Source: Macrostomum lignano
Lineage: Eukaryota
Assembly (NCBI GenBank): GCA_002269645.1
Contig: NIVC01001573.1
Span: forward strand, 222,802 to 266,497
Direction: 5' to 3'
Length of the DNA: 43,696 nt
Each line of letters begins with the position of its first letter. Position 1 is the stretch's first letter. Shown in pieces: positions 31,347-42,036 of the stretch. The notes beneath the pieces were generated by a model. The model was given only the letters and a program-made list of their open reading frames with translations. It searched no databases and was not told where the DNA came from. A program made the position numbers and the translations under genes.

Positions 31347-33559
31347 ATTCACCTGGCTGGCGCTGCTATCGTGTCCTGGACGTGCAGGCACTGCCTATTT
31401 TCGGAAAACCAGCATGTTTTGACCAACTCGGATTCGCAGTACTTGGTGTGCTTAGTGTGCGAGACCGAGAGCGCAGAGTTTTTCCGCGTTGACGGCATCG
31501 TGTGCTCTGACAGAGTAGCGGATCAGATCAGACAGGACTCAGGGAGAATTGCTGAGCTGACTGATCAGCTTGGCCAGTTAAAGCTGCAGCTCGAGGCTCA
31601 GGAGGCTGAGTTACAAACATCTGCGGTTCAAAGCAGAGAACTGCACGTTCAGCTGCAGGAAAGAGAGCAGCAAATACAGGAGCTGCAGAGGCGGCTAAGA
31701 GAAGAGCAGGAGCAGAGACTTCGTACAGAGAGGCGTTTCGAGAAAGAGGCCACGGAAAGGCAGCGGCTGGAAAGAGAAAAAAGAGAAGAACTCGAAAGAC
31801 AAGCGAGAATCAAGGATGAGAACAGGAGGCAGAGGGAAGCTGAAGAAATGCGACAGCGGAAGAGAACAGAAGAGGCAGAACGAAATAAAATAGAGACAAA
31901 AGCGGCTGAGCGATTGGAAAATCGTGTCGCAGCAGCGGAAGCCTCGGCAAATTCTCCAAGTAGAGAGACGCGAGCGTCTTCGAGGTCCGACATGGTACCG
32001 GCCGGCACCGCTACAGAGTCCAAACAGCTTGAAGATGCTGAGTATCCACTCTATCAGCAGCAGCTGGAGGAAAAGGAGTTGCAGGTACAACTGGCTGAAT
32101 TGCTGGCAGTCCAGGAGGCAGAAAAAAGACAGTTAACTCAGGCTCAGCTGCAGGAAAGAGAGCAGCTAATACAGGAGCTGCAGACGCGGCTAAAAGAAGA
32201 GCAGGAGCAGAGACTTCGTACAGAGAGGCGTTTCGAGAAAGAGGCCACGGAAAGGCAGCGGCTGGAAAGAGAAAAAAGAGAAGAACTCGAAAGACAAGCG
32301 AGAATTAAGGATGAGAACAGGAGGCAGAGAGAAGGTGAAGAAATGCGACAGCGGAAGAGAACAGAAGAGGCAGAACGAAAGAAAATAGAGACAAACGCGG
32401 CTGAGCGATTGGAAAATCGTGTCGCAGCAGCGGAAGCCTCGGCAAATTCTCCAAGAAGAGAGACGCCAGCGTCTTCGAGGTCCGATATGGTATCGGCCGA
32501 CATCGCTACAGCGTCCAAGCAGCTTGAAGATGCTGAGTATCCACTCTATCAGCAGCAGATTGAGGAAAAGGAGTTGCAAGTACAACTGGCTGAACTGCTG
32601 GCAGTCCAGGAGGCAGAAAAAAGGCAGTTTACTCAGGCTCAGCTGCAGGAAAGAGAGCAGCTAATACAGGAACTGCAGACGCGGCTAAAAGAAGAGCAGG
32701 AGCAGAGACTTCGTACAGAGAGGCGTTTCAAGAAAGAGGCCATGGAAAGGCAGCGGCTTGAGTTGGCAATGCTGGAGCAGCAGCGGCTGGAGAGAGAAAA
32801 AAGAGAAGAACTCGAAAAGCAAGCGAGAATCGAGGATGATAAGAGGAGGCAGAGAGAAGGTGAAGAAATGCGACAACGGAAGAGAAGAGAAGAGGCGGAA
32901 CGAAAGAAAAAAGAGAAGGAAGAGGCTGAGCGGTTGAGACAGCAGAGAGAAGAGGCTGAGCGGTTGAGACAGCAGAGAGAAGAGGCTGAGCGGTTGAGAC
33001 AGCAGAGAGAAGAGACTGAGCGGTTGAGACAGCAGAGAGAAGAGGCTGATCGGTGGAGAAAGGAGAGAGAAGAGGCTGACCGGTTGAGACAGCAGAGAGA
33101 AGAGACTGAGCGGTTGAGACAGCAGAGAGAAGAGGCTGATCGGTGGAGAAAGGAGAGAGAAGAGCCAAAAAAATCGTCTACTCGAGTTACTGGCAGAATG
33201 AAAGCTCAAAAGGCTGGGACGAAACCGCAATGCGCTCACTGCGGCAAGTACAGAGCCATTACGGGCCCTATTGAACCTGTTGGTTTTCAGTGCTTTAACT
33301 GCTACAAGCACACTTGCAAGATGTGCGGCCGGCCTTGGGAAGATGTGCATGATGGAAGAAAGTGCAAAGAACTTGACAGTCTTCCGAAGTAGCCCCTTCT
33401 CCAAAGCGTGGCTCTGTGAGCCGACCTGGGAGTGCACAGATTCAGCTCGTTTACTGCCCGGGATGTCGTTGCAATGTGGATACAAATCTGCAAAGAGACT
33501 CATCGAATGTTATTTGTCGCAATTGTGGAACTGTTTTGCATCGTCCGAGACCCTACTGA
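31347..33559 (+). CDS. HOIP-related paralog 5, exon 2: NZF-like, repeated 165-aa coiled-coil module, IBR, zinc ribbon (frameshift near 33386 gives a stop at 33392)
   Basis: Acceptor TTTTCAG|ATT, in frame with ORF 31371-33392. The 3' part is nearly identical to paralog 3. A 1-nt deletion relative to paralog 3 creates TAG at 33390-33392, and the homologous frame continues to PRPY* at 33559. Confidence 0.75.
31640..32780 (+). repeat. 495-bp internal tandem duplication (165-aa module, two full copies plus a partial third)
   Basis: Shadow ORFs 31649-32023 and 32144-32518 are offset by exactly 495 nt, and QLQERE...QLEDAEYPLYQQQ recurs. Confidence 0.9.
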
Positions 33560-34097
33560 GATTTTGTTCTTTTGCAAGTTTGGTGCAAAGATTGGGCGAC
33601 GGCCACAAACAATAATAGTTTTTTGCCTGAGACGTAAGCGGCGCGTCAAAAAATTGAATCAATTGAAGAAATTTTTTCATTGGATATGTACATTGTACGT
33701 GCTTTTTAAACAGATTTATCTTTTTCAGATTGAATTTTTTGCTGTCAGATCCAAATATACTTCTATTATGTCTTCTATTTTTTAACAGTATATAATTCCC
33801 TTTTTGAATTTTATTTTTGATTTTTTAAACTTTTTCATTAACCTCATGAAACGGTTTCTTACGCTTGTTTAACATCGCAAAGCCGCTGTTATTCCAGTTT
33901 TTTGCAGAAAAGATATAAATACCATTTTTTGTTTGGTTTATTCATTTTATAGTATTTGTCTTGCTCACAAGTAGTTCAAACGCAGACCAAGGCCAAAAGA
34001 ATAGAACAGAGCTCAGCCAGAAGGATCAAATAGAGCCCCACCTTCCAGTGAATAATCTGGTATCTTATCTCTGGTATAATTCCCACTTTCAGCCGCA

Positions 34098-35027
34098 ATG
34101 AAGAAGAAGGTGCTGCTCATGGGCAAGTCTGGTTCCGGCAAGACCAGCATGCGCTCCATCATCTTTGCCAATTTCATCGCTCGCGACACTCGCCGCCTCG
34201 GCGCCACCATCGATGTCGAGCACTCGCACGTGCGTTTCCTTGGCAACCTGGTGCTGAACCTGTGGGACTGCGGCGGCCAGGAGGCCTTCATGGAGAACTA
34301 CTTCGCCAGCCAGCGGGAGAACATCTTCCGCAGCGTCGAGGTCATGATCTACGTGTTCGATGTTGAGAGCCGCGAGTTCGAGAAGGACCTGCACTACTAC
34401 CAGACCTGTCTGGAGGCCATCATGCAGAACAGTCCTCAGGCTCAGATATTCTGCCTCATCCACAAGATGGACCTGGTGCCCGAGGAGCAGCGCGAGCAGC
34501 TGTACTCGCAGCGCTCCGAAGAGCTGCGCACCCTCAGCAAGCCGCTGCAGTGCCGCTGCTACGCCACTAGCATCTGGGACGAGACGCTCTACAAGGCCTG
34601 GTCCAGCATCGTCTACGCGCTCATCCCCAATGTCCGCCTGCTCGAGGAGAATCTCCGGCAGTTTGGCGACATCATCGACGCCGACGAGGTGCTGCTGTTC
34701 GAGCGGGCCACCTTCCTGGTAATCTCGCACTGCCAGCAGAAGCAGCACCGCGATCCGCACAGGTTCGAGAAGATCAGCAACATCATCAAGCAGTTCAAGC
34801 TGAGCTGCTCCAAGGTGGCCGCCGCGTTCCAGAGCATGCACGTGCAGAACAGGGCGTTCGGCGCCTTCATCGACCAGTTCACCGCCAACACCTACGTCAT
34901 GGTGGTTGTCTCCGACACGCACGTGTGCCCGGCGCTCACCATGCTGAACATCCGCAACGCCAGGAAGCACTTTGAGCGGCTCGAGCGGCCTGAGGACCGG
35001 CCGTCCGCACTGGGCCGCCCGCTGTAG
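34098..35027 (+). CDS. RRAGA: Ras-related GTP-binding protein A/B (RagA/B, Gtr1), intronless, 309 aa
   Basis: [60 protein letters not shown] is essentially identical to known RagA/B; the C-terminal roadblock region [13 protein letters not shown] is present. Confidence 0.97.
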   Translation: MKKKVLLMGKSGSGKTSMRSIIFANFIARDTRRLGATIDVEHSHVRFLGNLVLNLWDCGGQEAFMENYFASQRENIFRSVEVMIYVFDVESREFEKDLHYYQTCLEAIMQNSPQAQIFCLIHKMDLVPEEQREQLYSQRSEELRTLSKPLQCRCYATSIWDETLYKAWSSIVYALIPNVRLLEENLRQFGDIIDADEVLLFERATFLVISHCQQKQHRDPHRFEKISNIIKQFKLSCSKVAAAFQSMHVQNRAFGAFIDQFTANTYVMVVVSDTHVCPALTMLNIRNARKHFERLERPEDRPSALGRPL

Positions 35028-35148
35028 GCGGCTGTGTCTGCGTGGGGGTCTTAGGGACTGCTGTATTAGATGTATATTTTTAAACTTTCTGGGCTTCTTT
35101 TGGCCACTTTCAACTCCTTAATACTCCTTTCCAAATCTTCAGCTTGAG

Positions 35149-35884
35149 CAGCCAGCCTCCCAGATCCTCAGTTGCTGGGCCAGCCTCCCAGATCCTCAGT
35201 TGCTAGGCCAGCCTCCCAGATCCTCAGTTGCTGGGCCAGCCTTCCAGATCCTCAGTTGCTGGGCCAGCCTTCCAGATCCTCAGTTGCTGGGCCAGCCTCC
35301 CAGATCCTCAGTTGCTGGGCCAGCCTCCCAGATGCTCAGTTGCTGGGCCAGCCTCCCAGATCCTCAGTTGCTAGGCCAGCCTCCCAGATCCTCAGTTGCT
35401 GGGCCAGCCTCCCAGATCCTCAGTTGCTGGGCCAGCCTTCCAGATCCTCAGTTGCTGGGCCAGCCTTCCAGATCCTCAGTTGCTGGGCCAGCCTCCCAGA
35501 TCCTCAGTTGCTGGGCCAGCCTTTCAGATCCTCAGTTGCTGAGCCAGCCTCTCAGATCCTCAGTTGCTGGGCCAGCCTTTCAGATCCTCAGTTGCTGGGC
35601 CAGCCTCTCAGATCCTCAGTTGCTGGGCCAGCCTCTCAGATCCTCAGTTGCTGGGCCAGCCTCCCAGATCCTCAGTTGCTGGGCCAGCCTCCCAGATTCT
35701 CAGTTGCTGAGCCAGCCTCTCAGATCCTCAGTTGCTGGGCCAGCCTCCCAGATCCTCAGTTGCTGGGCCAGCCTTTCAGATCCTCAGTTGCTGAGCCAGC
35801 CTCTCAGATCCTCAGTTGCTGGGCCAGCCTCCCAGATCCTCAGTTGCTGGGCCAGCCTCTCAGATCCTCAGTTGCTGGGCCAGC
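35149..35884. repeat. 28-bp minisatellite (CAGTTGCTGGGCCAGCCTCCCAGATCCT), about 26 copies
   Basis: Directly visible tandem units. Confidence 0.97.
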
Positions 35885-36454
35885 GTGGTTAATCAATTTT
35901 GAGTCTTGAATTTCATTGCAAGATTATTAACGTTTCATTGTATCTACTGTCAGTAATGGAGTAAGCTAATTTGGTAGTTTTTTGTTACTATTTTTCGCAC
36001 TATTGTCCCCAGAAGTTGGTGCAATTTGACGAAAAAAATCAAGCTCTTATTGCACTTCAAATGTATATCAATGACGTCACTACTTGCTATGTCAATCCGC
36101 TCGTATTCAGGACATTGCTTCAAATTTATTAACGTTGCTGTATTGTAGATCTGCAATTATTTTCCCCTGTAGAATCTGTACGCACAGACAGTGAAGCATT
36201 ATGCCCTGATTCTCTATTGATTTCACTATCCTATGAGTATGTAATAAACATCGCCATGCGTCATATATTGATAGGCTTTCGAATGTGAAGTTTGTATTGA
36301 AATTATTTTGTTTACATTTAGCTAAATACGCCGCTATACTGGATGTAGCAGTTCCTCGTTCCTGCGGTATCCGATTTATGAGATCGTCCATCTGATCAAG
36401 TCTCAATCCGATATAGTGATGTCCTTAAACCCTTATTATTTCGACCCAGAGACA

Positions 36455-37013
36455 ACCTTAACCGCACTTATTCCGCCCCCAGGACTTACCCTTAACCACC
36501 CTTATTCCGCCCCAGGACTTACCCTTAACCACCCTTATTCCGCCCCCAGAGACTTACCTTAACCACCCTTATTCCGCCCCCAGAGACTTACCTTAACCAC
36601 CCTTATTCCGCCCCCAGAGACTTACCTTAACCACCCTTATTCCGCCCCCAGAGACTTACCTTAACCGCCCTCATTCCGCCCCCAGAGACTTAACCTTAAC
36701 CGCCCTTATTCCGCCCCCAGAGACTTACCTTAACGCCCTTATTCCGCGCCCAGAGACTTACCTTAACCGCCCTTATTCCGCGCCCAGAGACTTACCTTAA
36801 CCGCCCTCATTCCGCCCCCAGAGACTTACCTTAACCGCCCTCATTCCGCCCCCAGAGACTTACCTTAACCGCCCTTATTCCGCCCCCAGGACTTACCCTT
36901 AACCACCCTTATTCCGCCCCCAGGACTTACCTTAACCACCCTTATTCCGCCCCCAGGACTTACCCTTAACCGCCCTTATTCCGCCCCCAGAACTTACCCT
37001 TAACCGCCCTTAT
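36455..37013. repeat. 33/34-bp minisatellite (CCTTAACC(A/G)CCCTTATTCCGCCCCCAGAGACTTA)
   Basis: About 16 visible units. Confidence 0.95.
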
Positions 37014-37213
37014 CAGTTCCTTTTCCATTTTTTGTTAAAATTCAGACTTCAGTTACTAGAAGTAGCCAGTAGCAATTTTGTCGCGCATATTTAAATCCAA
37101 TAATTCATGATTGCCAAGCACAAGTATTGCTAAAAACTTGCTTCAGTGGATCATCTCTGCATTTGCCTTTGCAACAAAGACTTGATTCCGACTCAAGCAG
37201 CTGCTAGATCAAA

Positions 37214-37477
37214 ATGGCGCACCGACTCGCCCAAGACGGCGCCGCCGCTCGCCTTGGCGGCGACCAGTTCGACTCGACAGCCGAGGAGTTCTACGACGCC
37301 GACGACGGGGAAGAGGAAGAGGAGGAAGAGGAAGAGGAGGGAGACGATAGCGAGGGCGACGAGGATCTGCCAATGAGCGAGGATGTCCGCCAGCTCCGGC
37401 GGGACAACGGCGCCAACGATCATTTCGAATTGTTGAGCCCAGACAGCGTGCACGAAGAGATGCACCGAATAGTGCAG
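37214..37477 (+). CDS. ARIH1: Ariadne-type RBR E3 ligase, exon 1 (acidic N-terminus)
   Basis: Acidic tract followed by HFELLSPDSVHEEMHRIVQ, with a phase-0 donor CAG|GTGAGC; 88 codons. Confidence 0.85.
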
Positions 37478-37501
37478 GTGAGCTGCTGTCTGCTTTGTCA
37501 G

Positions 37502-40370
37502 AGGCTCACTTTTCACTGCTCACCTGAAAGGGTCACACTTCACTGCTCACCTGAAAGGATCACACTTCACTGCTCACCTGAAAGGATCACACTTCACTGT
37601 TCACTGAAAGGATCACACTTCACTGTTCATCTGAAAGGGTCACACTTCACTGCTCACTGAAAGAATCACACTTCACTGTTCATCTGAAAGGGTCACACTT
37701 CACTGTTCACTGAAAGAATCACACTTCACTGCTCACCTGAAAGAATCACACTTCACTGTTCACCTGAAAGGGTCACACTTCCCTGTTCACTGAAAGGATC
37801 ACACTTCACTGCTCACCTGAAAGGATCACACTTCACTGCTCACTGAAAGGATCACACTTCACTGCTCACCTGAAAGGATCACACTTCACTGCTCACCTGA
37901 AAGGATCACACTTCACTGCTCACCTGAAAGGATCACACTTCACTGTTCACTGAAAGGATCACACTTCACTGTTCATCTGAAAGGGTCACACTTCACTGCT
38001 CACTGAAAGAATCACACTTCACTGTTCATCTGAAAGGGTCACACTTCACTGTTCACTGAAAGAATCACACTTCACTGCTCACCTGAAAGAATCACACTTC
38101 ACTGTTCACCTGAAAGGGTCACACTTCCCTGTTCACTGAAAGGATCACACTTCACTGCTCACCTGAAAGGATCACACTTCACTGCTCACCTGAAAGGATC
38201 ACACTTCACTGCTCACCTGAAAGGGTCACACTTCACTGCTCACCTGAAAGGGTCACACTTCACTGCTCACCTGAAAGGATCACACTTCACTGCTCACCTG
38301 AAAGGATCACACTTCACTGTTCACTGAAAGGGTCACACTTCACTGCTCACCTGAAAGGGTCACACTTCACTGCTCACCTGAAAGGGTCACACTTCACTGC
38401 TCACCTGAAAGGATCACACTTCACTGTTCACTGAAAGGGTCACACTTCACTGCTCACCTGAAAGGGTCACACTTCACTGCTCACCTGAAAGGGTCACACT
38501 TCACTGCTCACCTGAAAGGGTCACACTTCACTGCTCACTGAAAGGATCACACTTCACTGCTCACCTGAAAGGATCACACTTCACTGCTCACCTGAAAGGA
38601 TCACACTTCACTGCTCACCTGAAAGGGTCACACTTCACTGCTCACCTGAAAGGATCACACTTCACTGTTCACTGAAAGGGTCACACTTCACTGCTCACCT
38701 GAAAGGGTCACACTTCACTGCTCACTGAAAGGGTCACACTTCACTGCTCACCTGAAAGGGTCACACTTCACTGCTCACCTGAAATGATCACACTTCACTG
38801 CTCACCTGAAAGGATCACACTTCACTGCTCACCTGAAAGGGTCACACTTCACTGTTCACTGAAAGAATCACACTTCACTGCTCACCTGAAAGGATCACAC
38901 TTCTCTGCTCACCTGAAAGGATCACACTTCACTGTTCACTGAAAGGGTCACACTTCACTGCTCACCTGAAAGGGTCACACTTCACTGCTCACCTGAAAGG
39001 ATCACACTTCTCTGCTCACCTGAAAGGATCACACTTCACTGCTCACCTGAAAGGATAACACTTCACTGCTCACCTGAAAGGATCACACTTCACTGCTCAC
39101 CTGAAAGGGTCACACTTCACTGCTCACCTGAAAGGATCACACTTCACTGCTCACCTGAAAGGGTCACACTTCACTGCTCACCTGAAAGGGTCACACTTCA
39201 CTGCTCACCTGAAAGATCACACTTCACTGCTCACCTGAAAGGGTCACACTTCACTGCTCACCTGAAAGGGTCACACTTCACTGCTCACCTGAAAGGATCA
39301 CACTTCACTGCTCACCTGAAAGGGTCACACTTCACTGCTCACCTGAAAGGATCACACTTCACTGCTCACTGAAAGGATCACACTTCACTGCTCACCTGAA
39401 AGGGTCACACTTCACTGCTCACCTGAAAGGGTCACACTTCACTGCTCACCTGAAAGGGTCACACTTCACTGCTCACCTGAAAGGATCACACTTCACTGCT
39501 CACCTGAAAGGGTCACACTTCACTGCTCACCTGAAAGGATCACACTTCACTGCTCACCTGAAAGAATCACACTTCACTGCTCACCTGAAAGGGTCACACT
39601 TCACTGCTCACCTGAAAGGATCACACTTCACTGCTCACCTGAAAGGGTCACACTTCACTGCTCACCTGAAAGGGTCACACTTCACTGCTCACCTGAAATG
39701 ATCACACTTCACTGCTCACCTGAAAGGGTCACACTTCACTGCTCACCTGAAAGGGTCACACTTCACTGCTCACCTGAAAGGATCACACTTCACTGCTCAC
39801 CTGAAAGGGTCACACTTCACTGCTCACCTGAAAGGATCACACTTCACTGCTCACTGAAAGGATAACACTTCACTGTTCACTGAAAGGGTCACACTTCACT
39901 GCTCACCTGAAAGGGTCACACTTCACTGCTCACCTGAAAGGATCACACTTCACTGCTCACCTGAAAGGATCACACTTCACTGCTCACCTGAAAGGATCAC
40001 ACTTCACTGTTCACTGAAAGAATCACACTTCACTGCTCACCTGAAAGGATCACACTTCACTGCTCACTGAAAGGATCACACTTCACTGCTCACCTGAAAG
40101 GGTCACACTTCACTGCTCACCTGAAAGGATCACACTTCACTGTTCACTGAAAGAATCACACTTCACTGCTCACCTGAAAGGGTCACACTTCACTGCTCAC
40201 CTGAAAGGGTCACACTTCACTGCTCACCTGAAAGGGTCACACTTCACTGCTCACCTGAAAGGATCACACTTCACTGCTCACCTGAAAGGGTCACACTTCA
40301 CTGCTCACCTGAAAGGGTCACACTTCCCTGTTCACTGAGAAGATCAAATTTCACTGAGCACTGAAAGGAT
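37502..40370. repeat. 26/27-bp minisatellite (TCACACTTCACTGCTCACCTGAAAGGG), about 105 copies, in ARIH intron 1
   Basis: Visible array with higher-order duplicated blocks. Confidence 0.97.
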
Positions 40371-40414
40371 TACTGTGAGTGGTCGCAGTTAACTAAAGCA
40401 CGGTAGTCACAGTT

Positions 40415-41377
40415 CACTGAGACACTGAAGAGAGGCTCACAGCTCACTGAGACACGGGAGAGAAGCTCACAGCTCACTGAGACACGGGAGAGAGGCTCAT
40501 AGCTCACTGAGACACGGGAGAGAGGCTCACAGCTCACTGAGACACGGGAGAGAGGCTCACAGCTCACTGAGACACTGGAGAGAGGCTCACAGCTCACTGA
40601 AACACTGGAGAGAGGCTCACAGCTCACTGAGACATTGGAGAGAGGCTTACAGCTCACTGAGACACTGGAGAGAGGCTCACAGCTCACTGAGACACTGGAG
40701 AGAGGCTCACAGCTCACTGAGACACTGGAGAGAGGCTTACAGCTCACTGAGACACTGGAGAGAGGCTCACAGCTCACTGAGACACTGGAGAGAGGCTCAC
40801 AGCTCACTGAGACACTGGAGAGAGGCTCACAGCTCACTGAGACACTGGAGAGAGGCTCACAGCTCACTGAGACACTGGAGAGAGGCTCACAGCTCACTGA
40901 GACACTGGAGAGAAGCTCACAGCTCACTGAAACACTGGAGAGAGGCTCACAGCTCACTGAGACATTGGAGAGAGGCTTACAGCTCACTGAGACACTGGAG
41001 AGAGGCTCACAGCTCACTGAGACACTGGAGAGAGGCTCACAGCTCACTGAGACACTGGAGAGAGGCTCACAGCTCACTGAGACACTGGAGAGAGGCTCAC
41101 AGCTCACTGAGACACTGGAGAGAAGCTCACAGCTCACTGAAACACTGGAGAGAGGCTCACAGCTCACTGAGACATTGGAGAGAGGCTTACAGCTCACTGA
41201 GACACTGGAGAGAGGCTCACAGCTCACTGAGACACTGAGAGAGGCTCACAGCTCACTGAGACACTGGAGAGAGGCTCACAGCTCACTGAGACACGGGAGA
41301 GAGGCTCACAGCTCACTGAGACACGGGAGAGAGGCTCACAGCTCACTGAGACACTGGAGAGAGGCTCACAGCTCACA
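40415..41377. repeat. 30-bp minisatellite (GAGAGGCTCACAGCTCACTGAGACACTGGA), about 32 copies, in ARIH intron 1
   Basis: Visible array; produces the 10-aa repeat ORFs. Confidence 0.97.
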
Positions 41378-41426
41378 TATAAGTGGATTGCTATCACAGT
41401 CTATACAGGCAGCCTTATCTAAACAG

Positions 41427-41626
41427 GAGGTCTGCCAGATTGTCCAGCTACCCAGCAGGGTACTGCGCCTTCTGCTCAGCAAATACCGCTGGGACAAAGA
41501 CCTGCTGTTGGAGCGATTCTACGAGCGCGAGCCGGAGGACTTCCTGGCCAGGCACAACATCCCGGCCAGTCAGTGGCGGATCGTCGCTGCCGCTCCCGCG
41601 GCACCGCAGGCGGCAGTGGCACACAG
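41427..41626 (+). CDS. ARIH1: Ariadne RBR ligase exon 2 (UBA-like)
   Basis: The acceptor AAACAG|GAG gives MHRIVQ|EVCQIVQLPSRVLRLLLSKYRWDKDLLLERFYE (human ARIH1 [32 protein letters not shown]). The donor is AG|GTTAGT (phase 2). An alternative acceptor lies at 41409. Confidence 0.8.
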
Positions 41627-41789
41627 GTTAGTGTGATTTGAGGTTCTGTGATGGAGCTCTGTGTGTGAGAGCTTCTTTGCGGGGAGAGCGGTATTGAAGA
41701 GGATATCAAAAGCATGGCTGTTATGTGGATGTAGACAAACTGAAAGTTTAATACTGGTTGTTAGCTAATATACCGAAAATTAGATAGGT

Positions 41790-42030
41790 TGGTGGGCAGG
41801 TTGAGAGGTAGGTAGAATAGTAGACAGGTTGAGTGATAAATAGCACGGAATACAGGTTGAGAGGTAGATAGAATGATATACAGGCTCTAGTCAGCAGATA
41901 GAATGGTAGATGAGGTGAGAAGTAGATACAATGGTAGACAGATTGAGAGATAAATAGAATGGTAGACAGGTTGAGAGGTAGCTAGAATGGTATACAGGTT
42001 GAAAAGTAGATAGAATGGTAGATAGGTAGA
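41790..42030. repeat. Degenerate repeat of about 28 bp (AGGTTGAGAGGTAGATAGAATGGTAGAC-like) in ARIH intron 2
   Basis: Several imperfect copies are visible. Confidence 0.7.
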
Positions 42031-42036
42031 TCGCAG

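Noticed and set aside
26559-33503. Ser/Leu/Phe-rich minus-strand ORFs (26559-27281, 26605-27429, 31649-32585, 32685-33503)
   Set aside because: Antisense shadows of purine-rich E/R coiled-coil coding repeats.
34089-34970. 293-aa minus-strand ORF
   Set aside because: Antisense shadow of the GC3-rich RagA CDS.
35172-35909. 245-aa and 230-aa repetitive ORFs
   Set aside because: Products of the 28-bp minisatellite downstream of the RagA stop.
35950-36406. Minus-strand ORFs of 99 and 68 aa between RagA and ARIH1
   Set aside because: No recognisable domain, AT-rich, and no supporting splice structure.
40370-41426. 285-aa minus ORF and the repetitive N-terminal part of the 333-aa plus ORF
   Set aside because: Products of the intronic 30-bp array; only 41427-41626 aligns to ARIH1.
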